From an uncultured Verrucomicrobiae bacterium (GTDB taxonomy: Bacteria; Verrucomicrobiota; Verrucomicrobiia; Chthoniobacterales; JAFAMB01): 64,000 nucleotides of DNA. Position 1 is the stretch's first letter. Each line of letters opens with the position of its first letter. Positions 57,532 to 64,000 of this stretch are shown piece by piece. The notes under the pieces are model-generated. The model saw nothing but the letters and a program-made list of their open reading frames with translations. It was not told the origin of the DNA and searched no databases. The stretch is from NCBI GenBank assembly GCA_963762565.1, contig CAVXLD010000001.1, positions 96,001-160,000 on the forward strand. Direction: 5' to 3'. Both the position numbers and the translations under genes were made by a program.

Positions 57532-59478
57532 CTACCCCACCCGACGTTCGGCATCCGTGCGTAACCACTCCCAGAGTCGCTTCAGCGCCTGGTCTAGTTC
57601 CGCCTTTGTGGTGGCTAGCGCCTCGCGGCTATCGACGGAGCGCCGGCCGAATAGATAGAACTTGATCTTCGGCTCGGTACCGGACGGCCGAACGGCTATT
57701 CGCCGCCCATCAGCCAAATGAAACATGGTCATTTTTTCCTTCGGCAATACATCGCCTTCGACATCTCGAATCCCGCCCTCGCTAAAATCCACCACCTCGG
57801 TGACCGCACTAGCATCGATTTCCTTGGGCGGCGATGCCTTATATGACTCTGCCAATCGACGGATCTTTTCCGAGCCCGCTGCTCCCTCGAAGACCAATGA
57901 ATTACCTTTCTCGAGATAATATCCGTACTCGCAATAGATATCATCCAGAAGCTCATCGACGGTCCTATTGAGAGACTTCGCGTAGGCGCACATTTCTGCA
58001 AACATCACCGTCGCGGCGTTGGCATCCTTGTCGCGAACAAAATCCGCGCCGCTGTATCCGTAGCTTTCCTCTCCCCCGAACACAAAAAAGCTCGAATGTT
58101 CCAGCCTGGCCCGGCGGGTTTCTTCCTCGGTCAATGACCGGTACCGTTGGCGAATCGGCTCCGGCAACTGGTTTTCATATTTGCCCAGTTTCTCGCCGAT
58201 ATATTTGAAACCGGTCAAAGTCTCAACGCAGCGCAGACCTTCCTTCGAAGCGATCGCCTTCTGCAGGTCAGTCGTGACCAATGTCTTGATGATCACGCAG
58301 CGTTCCTTGTTCGCATCGGTCAGGATCCCGTTCGCCCGATAAGCTTGGATCCGGTAGTAAGCCAATAAAGAACCGATCTGATTTCCGGTCAGCAAAACCA
58401 ATTCACCAGCCCGGTTCCGAACCGCCACTCCCATCCGATCGGCGTCCGGGTCGGTGCCAACCACTAGATCTGCACTGGTCCGGTCAGCCAATTCCATTCC
58501 TTGAGCGAGCGCTTCTGCATTCTCAGGATTCGGCGATTTAACCGTTGGAAACGCGCCATTTGGTTCCATTTGCTCATCCACTGTCGCGAGATCGAACCCG
58601 ATCTCCCGAAGCACCGGCACTGAGATGACGGCTCCGGTGCCATGGATGGGCGTAAAAACGATTTTGAGATCTTTCTCCCCATTCACCATCTCCGGCCTAA
58701 GTACCAAGGTGCGAAGCCGAGTCTTATAGATCTCATCGAAATCTGCGCCCAACGGAATCACTTTGCCTTGTTCGGTCGCAGGAAGGGCTTCGTAGGTTTC
58801 GCGGGCAATTTCATTAAAACATTGGATTACGCCGGTGGCGTGCGGTTCGACGAGCTGCGCGCCGTCCGAGAAGTAGGCCTTGTAGCCATTATCGTGTGGT
58901 GGGTTATGGCTTGCCGTTATCACAATCCCGGCCGTAGACCCGGTGTGCCGGACAGCAAATGAAAGTTCGGGCGTTGATCGGGCCGACTCAAAGAGGAAAA
59001 CGTTGCAGCCTAATTCGGAAGCCACTTTAGCGGCTAGTTCGGCGAACTGGCGCGAGAAATAGCGAGTATCATGAGCAATGCAGAGGCTTGCCCGCTCGGA
59101 TACTGCGCTCTTGGCCAAGTGCGCTTTCATATAAGTGACCAATGCCTGAGTCGCCTTGCTGACATTGTAAAAATTCATCGCGTTGGTCCCAACGCAGGGG
59201 TACTGCGGGCAACACGCCGCATTGTGGGCTCCCTGCTCTGCTCCCGTCACTACTCGGCCAATCGATCGGCCGCGAATCCCTCCGGTTCCAAACGCTAAGG
59301 TCCTGAAGAAACGGTCATTCAGTTCAGCCCAAGCCTGAGCCGATAGCAGTTCCGCTACGGAACTCCGGTAGATCGGGTTGTCTCCGGAGCCAAGGAGCTG
59401 CAGCATATTGGCTGCGCTTGACTGCAATAGTGAACCGTCATCCACCGCTTGCTGAATCGTCTTATGCAGGTCGCTCAT
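57532..59478 (-). CDS. Phosphoglucomutase/phosphomannomutase
   Basis: FGTGGIRG, ITASHNP, DPDADR, GGEES, RPSGTEPK. Confidence 0.95.
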   Translation of the reverse strand: MSDLHKTIQQAVDDGSLLQSSAANMLQLLGSGDNPIYRSSVAELLSAQAWAELNDRFFRTLAFGTGGIRGRSIGRVVTGAEQGAHNAACCPQYPCVGTNAMNFYNVSKATQALVTYMKAHLAKSAVSERASLCIAHDTRYFSRQFAELAAKVASELGCNVFLFESARSTPELSFAVRHTGSTAGIVITASHNPPHDNGYKAYFSDGAQLVEPHATGVIQCFNEIARETYEALPATEQGKVIPLGADFDEIYKTRLRTLVLRPEMVNGEKDLKIVFTPIHGTGAVISVPVLREIGFDLATVDEQMEPNGAFPTVKSPNPENAEALAQGMELADRTSADLVVGTDPDADRMGVAVRNRAGELVLLTGNQIGSLLAYYRIQAYRANGILTDANKERCVIIKTLVTTDLQKAIASKEGLRCVETLTGFKYIGEKLGKYENQLPEPIRQRYRSLTEEETRRARLEHSSFFVFGGEESYGYSGADFVRDKDANAATVMFAEMCAYAKSLNRTVDELLDDIYCEYGYYLEKGNSLVFEGAAGSEKIRRLAESYKASPPKEIDASAVTEVVDFSEGGIRDVEGDVLPKEKMTMFHLADGRRIAVRPSGTEPKIKFYLFGRRSVDSREALATTKAELDQALKRLWEWLRTDAERRVG

Positions 59479-59559
59479 AAGTTAGAACTGGTTGGGGTAA
59501 CTACTTTATGTGAAGCAACACGCATATTCCAGGCGAGACAACTCGAAAGGAGGTCGAAA

Positions 59560-59677
59560 GGGAGGGATCGCGTCCTCGCGATCCTTCTTTAGCGAAGCCC
59601 GCGACAGAGCAGATCACGCGTTTAGCCAGGTTCACCAGGCAGACCTGGTCGCGGCGCGCGGGGACGCGCGCCCTCCC
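59560..59677. repeat. GGGAGGG-family IR element, copy 2
   Basis: GGGAGGGATCGCGTCCTCGCGATCC / TCGCGGCGCGCGGGGACGCGCGCCCTCCC. Confidence 0.8.
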
Positions 59678-59789
59678 TGCTCTGTGTCACCAATTCAGCG
59701 GATTTCACACGCAATAGCGCCGACGGAATACGGGTATGAACCGCGATTTCCCCTTGCTTACCACGGCCTCGCAAGCGAGGCACGCTCCA

Positions 59790-60677
59790 GTGTTGCAGGA
59801 CAAAATTGAAGCAGCCATTTCACGCCGGTCCGGCCTAAGATCACCCAACACCGACGTTTGCCGTCTGGTCAATGGGACCGGAGACGGCTTGGACGGAATC
59901 ATCATCGACGACTTCGGCGGGCGCTGGCTGGTCTCAAGCAAAGAAGGAGAAAACCGGCCTAAGCTTCCACCGGCATTGGGCTATCGCGCTCTTTATGCGA
60001 AAACCCTTTCGAAAAACGAGAAGACGCGTCCCTCGTACATCGGAGGCGAAGAGTTAACCGCACGTTTCCCCATTCTTGAAGATGGGCTTTCCTACTGGAT
60101 CGATTTCCAAAGTGGCTATTCGCAAGGCTTATTCATTGACCAGCGCCTCAATCGCCGCCGGTTACGCGAGCTTTGTCCCGGCAAAACCGTACTCAATACG
60201 TTTGCTTATACGTGTAGCTTCGGAGTAGCCGCGGTTTCCGCTGGAGCCAACGCGGTGAACCTGGATCTCTCCCGCAACTACCTCGAATGGGGTCAGCAAA
60301 ACTACCAGCTGAACGGTCTGCAACCCCAGCAAAGCGACTTCGTCTATGGCGACGTGTTTGATTGGATGGCCCGTTTCGCCAAACGAGGCCGCCGGTTCGA
60401 CATAGTGATACTGGACCCTCCAACGTTTTCACGTAGCCGAGCTTCAGGTGTTTTTCGCGCAGAAAAAGATTACGTAGCGTTGCTAGAACGCGCGCTTCGC
60501 GTGATCGAACCCGCAGGGACCGTTCTTTGCTGCCTGAACGCTCACCATATTTCCGCGGGCGAGTTCAGGTACCTGCTGAAAAGCAGCCTCCCACCTTCCG
60601 CGGGCTTGCTGCAAATGCCAATGCCCGAGGATTTCCCAGGAAGCGATTATCTGAAGAGTTTCTGGGTACGGGTGTGA
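59790..60677 (+). CDS. RlmI/RlmK-like SAM-dependent methyltransferase
   Basis: GLFIDQR.NR, VLNTFAYTCSF, FDIVILDPPTF; GTG 59790 preferred. Confidence 0.88.
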   Translation: MLQDKIEAAISRRSGLRSPNTDVCRLVNGTGDGLDGIIIDDFGGRWLVSSKEGENRPKLPPALGYRALYAKTLSKNEKTRPSYIGGEELTARFPILEDGLSYWIDFQSGYSQGLFIDQRLNRRRLRELCPGKTVLNTFAYTCSFGVAAVSAGANAVNLDLSRNYLEWGQQNYQLNGLQPQQSDFVYGDVFDWMARFAKRGRRFDIVILDPPTFSRSRASGVFRAEKDYVALLERALRVIEPAGTVLCCLNAHHISAGEFRYLLKSSLPPSAGLLQMPMPEDFPGSDYLKSFWVRV

Positions 60678-60683
60678 CGGTTC

Positions 60684-60956
60684 GCGTTTGGCGTTTGGCG
60701 TTTGGCGTTTTGGCGTTTTGGCGTTTGGCGTTTGGCGTTGGGCGTTTGGCGTTGGGCGTTGGGCGTTGGGCGTTTGGCGTTGGGCGTTGGGCGTTGGGCG
60801 GTTCACCGTTCGCTGGTTGGCTTTTCGTGCTCGTCCTCGTGCTCGACGAAACCCGGGCCACCTCGAAAAGAGATCCATCATCCCTGTTCTCCTTTTGCTG
60901 GCCATCAATCGCTTTCAGGCGTCGAACGCGCTCTCGAGGACGAGGACGAGAACGAT
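60684..60956. repeat. GGCGTT[TG] heptamer array (~16 units) plus a CTCGTC-family IR pair
   Basis: Array ~60684-60800 (reverse complement of the CGCCAAA array); arms ~60821-60849 / 60933-60956. Confidence 0.9.
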
Positions 60957-61015
60957 AGGACCCCTTGCACGAGAGCGAGCCTCACGTATATGATTTCGCG
61001 ACCAAACGTTCCCCT

Positions 61016-61204
61016 ATGCTCAGATTCGCTTGCATCCTCATCCTGCCGCTCAGTTTTTTGTTGGCATCCTGTGACAACAACACCCAAGAAGATTCTCGCT
61101 GGGATGTCATCTATAAGGATCTGGACTCCGGCGGCAAAGTTCAGCCGTGGAAAGACGCTCAACAGAGCTGGAACAGCTCTAATCACGGGAAGGACTGGAA
61201 CTAG
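61016..61204 (+). CDS. Small lipoprotein (62 aa)
   Basis: MLRFACILILPLSFLLAS-C lipobox. Confidence 0.65.
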   Translation: MLRFACILILPLSFLLASCDNNTQEDSRWDVIYKDLDSGGKVQPWKDAQQSWNSSNHGKDWN

Positions 61205-61214
61205 GGGTTGGCGG

Positions 61215-61664
61215 TTATCCCTTCCGCCACCGCTCAATCACGTAATCGGGAGTCTCTCGAATCTGTTCGGCTAGCTTGAACTTGGGCTCGAATTCTGGAA
61301 AGTAGGCATCCCCATCGTACTCGTTCTTCACGCGGGTAATCAGGAGTTCCCGGCACTGGTCAAGTAGTTGGGCGTAAATTTCGGCGCCGCCGATAACAAA
61401 AACTTCCGACGAATATTGGTCTGGATCGAATTGGGAAAGATCTCGAATCATTTCGACTCCCGGCCAGGAACGGGTGCGACTGACAACCAGGTTCTGCCGG
61501 CCGGGCAATGGTCGTCCGATTGACTCAAAAGTTCGGCTTCCCATGATGATCGGGTGACCGAAGGTCGCCTCTTTGAACCATTTCTGTTCACCGGGAATGC
61601 GCCATGGGATCCGGCTTCCACGGCCGATTACGCGAGACGGTGTCATGGCAGCAATAGCGATCAC
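61215..61664 (-). CDS. folA: Dihydrofolate reductase
   Basis: VIG..IPW, IMGSRTFESIGRPLPGR, VIGGAEIY, GDAYFP; start uncertain because a TAGCCAA array lies at 61672-61700. Confidence 0.93.
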   Translation of the reverse strand: MIAIAAMTPSRVIGRGSRIPWRIPGEQKWFKEATFGHPIIMGSRTFESIGRPLPGRQNLVVSRTRSWPGVEMIRDLSQFDPDQYSSEVFVIGGAEIYAQLLDQCRELLITRVKNEYDGDAYFPEFEPKFKLAEQIRETPDYVIERWRKG

Positions 61665-61749
61665 CCGGAAATAGCCGATAGCCAATAGCCAATAGCCGAC
61701 AGTCCTGGTGTGGGCGAGGTCACGCCGCCTCCGTTGAACTCCTCTCTCG

Positions 61750-62544
61750 TCATACCGCGATCGGCGCCTTGATGGTCGGATGAGGGTCGTATCCCGCGAG
61801 CTCAATGTCTTCGTACACGAACTCGTGCAAAGTCGCTGGTACTTTCCTAAACTTGATGGTTGGCAGAGCCTTAACTGGCCGGGACAACTGTTCTTTCACC
61901 TGATCCAGATGATTCAGATAAATATGCAGGTCCCCGAAGGTGTGAATGAAGTCACCTGGCTCCAGATGACAGACCTCGGCGACCATTAAAGTCAGCAATG
62001 CGTAAGAGGCGATATTAAACGGCACCCCCAGAAACAAATCGGCACTACGTTGGTAGAGCTGGCAGCTCAAACATCCATCCAGCACGTAGAATTGGAAGAG
62101 GGCGTGACAAGGTGGCAAAGCCATTTGCTTTAATTCTCCCGGATTCCATGCAGTCACGATCAATCGACGGCTGTCCGGGTTTTCTTTGATCATGCGAACA
62201 ACTTCACTCAGTTGGTCTACCGGTTGGCCGTCAGCGGTTTTCCAATCTCGCCATTGCGCGCCGTAAACGCGACCCAATTCCCCTTGGGGATCCGCCCACT
62301 CATCCCAGATCGTGACGCCGTTTTCGTTAAGGAACCGGACATTCGTCTGTCCACGGATAAACCAAAGTAACTCGTGAACGACTGATTTAAAGTGGACCCG
62401 TTTGGTGGTCACTAAAGGGAACCCCTCGGACAGGTCGAATCGGGCCTGAGCCCCAAAATAGGAGAGTGTGCCAACGCCTGTGCGGTCGTGTTTTGGCCGG
62501 CCCTTCTCCAACACCAAACGGAGCAGTTGATGATACTCTTTCAC
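61750..62544 (-). CDS. thyA: Thymidylate synthase
   Basis: [35 protein letters not shown] 62544 gives 264 aa. Confidence 0.97.
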   Translation of the reverse strand: MKEYHQLLRLVLEKGRPKHDRTGVGTLSYFGAQARFDLSEGFPLVTTKRVHFKSVVHELLWFIRGQTNVRFLNENGVTIWDEWADPQGELGRVYGAQWRDWKTADGQPVDQLSEVVRMIKENPDSRRLIVTAWNPGELKQMALPPCHALFQFYVLDGCLSCQLYQRSADLFLGVPFNIASYALLTLMVAEVCHLEPGDFIHTFGDLHIYLNHLDQVKEQLSRPVKALPTIKFRKVPATLHEFVYEDIELAGYDPHPTIKAPIAV

Positions 62545-62557
62545 CGGTACGTAATTT

Positions 62558-62851
62558 ATCCGCAGATTGCGCAGATTACGCAGATTTTTTTTCGGTGGGG
62601 CGAGGCCATAAACCGTGGAGCGTGCCTCGCTTGCGAAGCCGTGGTGAGCAACGCTGACGATGTGGCAGCGCATCCGCCGGCTGCGCTCTTGCGTGTGAAG
62701 TTGCAGGAGGCGGGAGATAGAGCGCTGACCGAAATAGGGCCTGCTTCAAAATGTTGCTTTGTTTACCACGGCCTCGCAAGCGAGGCGCGCTCCAAGGCTT
62801 CGCCTCGCCCTACCCGAAAAAAAATCTGCATAATCCCCGTAATCTGTGGAT
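62558..62851. repeat. Triple-nested IR element between divergent thyA and folE2
   Basis: CGCAGATT arms plus GGGCGAGGC arms 62558-62606 / 62802-62851; inner GTGGAGCGTGCC arms ~62616-62650 / ~62761-62794. Confidence 0.88.
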
Positions 62852-62879
62852 ATTTGGCCTGACAAAACGCGAGTATAGA

Positions 62880-63671
62880 ATGGAACCGAAAGCAACGACA
62901 GCTCTGGTCGATACGCAAAGCCTTCCGGATCACCGGGAAGTTAGAATCGATCGTGTCGGTGTTACCGATGTGCGTTTCCCGATTGTCGTCCGAGACAAGG
63001 CGCACTCTTCTCAACACACCATTGCCAGGGTGGCCTTGACCGTTGACTTACCACATCACTTCAAGGGCACCCATATGAGCCGCTTCATAGAGGTGCTTAA
63101 CGAGCATGGCTCGGTGGTACACGTCGATAATATCAAAGAAATTTTACACCACCTCCAACAGCGCCTTGATGCTCAACAAGCGCACGTCGAATTCGAGTTT
63201 CCGTTTTTTATGGAAAAAAGCGCTCCGGTAACGGGATCGGTCGGCCTGATGGATTATAATGTGCGCTTTACGGCGACCGCCTCCCGCAAGGAGTCCGATT
63301 TACTCTTAACCGTAATCGTCCCAGTAACGACGCTTTGCCCCTGTTCCAAAGCCATCAGCAAATATGGAGCGCACAATCAACGCGGGCAGGTCACCTTCAG
63401 CATACGGTCTAGCCGGCTGGTTTGGATCGAGGAGCTGATTCAGTTGGTGGAAAGCTCGGCCAGCGCGGAACTATACAGCTTGTTAAAACGTCCCGATGAA
63501 AAGGCACTGACCGAACGAGCCTACGAGCACCCCGTATTCGTCGAAGATCTGGTCCGCAATATCGCCATCAAAGCCAACGCCGATTCAAGGATCATTTGGT
63601 ATCGGATCGAAGCGGAAAACTACGAATCGATCCACAATCATAACGCTTATGCGATGATCGAGAAGGGGTAG
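62880..63671 (+). CDS. folE2: GTP cyclohydrolase I type B
   Basis: KGTHMSRF, TTLCPCSK, GAHNQR, LKRPDE, ESIHNHNA; ATG 62880. Confidence 0.95.
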   Translation: MEPKATTALVDTQSLPDHREVRIDRVGVTDVRFPIVVRDKAHSSQHTIARVALTVDLPHHFKGTHMSRFIEVLNEHGSVVHVDNIKEILHHLQQRLDAQQAHVEFEFPFFMEKSAPVTGSVGLMDYNVRFTATASRKESDLLLTVIVPVTTLCPCSKAISKYGAHNQRGQVTFSIRSSRLVWIEELIQLVESSASAELYSLLKRPDEKALTERAYEHPVFVEDLVRNIAIKANADSRIIWYRIEAENYESIHNHNAYAMIEKG

Positions 63672-63711
63672 GCAGTATTTCCTTCTCGGATTGAATGCGG
63701 GCCCATCGCCC

Positions 63712-63888
63712 GGAAGGGATCGGATCCTCGCGATCAGGAAGGGATCGGATCCTCGCGATCAGTTTGGTGTCGGACCGAGGATGTGATGTAATCTCGGACG
63801 AAATTACGCCTTGGGCTTTGGCATGTCCCCGCGGCGCGCGGGGATCCTCCGTCGCTAAAGCTATGGCGGACAGGCAGCGCGCTCTCCC
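63712..63888. repeat. GGGAGGG-family element with a duplicated left arm and an insertion in the right arm
   Basis: 25-bp direct repeat 63712-63736 / 63737-63761; right arm interrupted by ~31 bp at 63845-63875. Confidence 0.78.
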
Positions 63889-64000
63889 CTTTTAGCGGCC
63901 TCGGTGAACGAGGCCGCTCCACGCAAGTGTCTAAGCTAAAGCTGGCTAGTCTTGTTTCTTTTCTTTGTCCTTGTTTTCACCCTTCCCTTCGGGTTTAGCC

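Overview
A gene-dense bacterial chromosome segment; gene style suggests Verrucomicrobiota or a similar soil lineage (inference only). In order it holds: (1) a minus-strand export locus with a sigma-54 response regulator and histidine kinase, a sigma-54 promoter, a membrane-fusion protein, one ABC ATPase, five paralogous ~810-aa duplicated MacB/FtsX (ADOP-type) permeases (one frameshifted) and the start of a peptidase E; (2) a cupin, a GxxExxY nuclease-family gene bracketed by a perfect 33-bp inverted repeat, an NCS2 permease, an IS200-like tnpA with a stop at codon 3 inside ~90-bp inverted repeats, hppD and a truncated homogentisate dioxygenase; (3) TetR, pstSCA with a Pho box, and a fadL/fadD/thiolase/fadJ/acyl-CoA oxidase cluster; (4) cmk-like, fcl, ribBA-ribH-nusB-ftsY-opgD/G, a decayed toxin-antitoxin pair and rpsN; (5) a DUF4105/Lnb-like gene coupled to an Lnt homolog that lacks its catalytic motifs, then a deacetylase and a PHP-GT4 fusion; (6) pgm, a methyltransferase, folA-thyA and folE2. 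The most striking feature is non-coding. Most larger intergenic gaps hold a small inverted-repeat element from one of more than ten sequence families, many with arms made of 6-9-bp tandem units around an unrelated ~80-100-bp core. They are often nested and often begin at the upstream stop codon. One family occurs both loaded (GxxExxY gene) and empty, suggesting a possibly undescribed nuclease-associated mobile or cassette system. No rRNA, tRNA or CRISPR array was seen. All coordinates were read by eye and may be off by a few bases.
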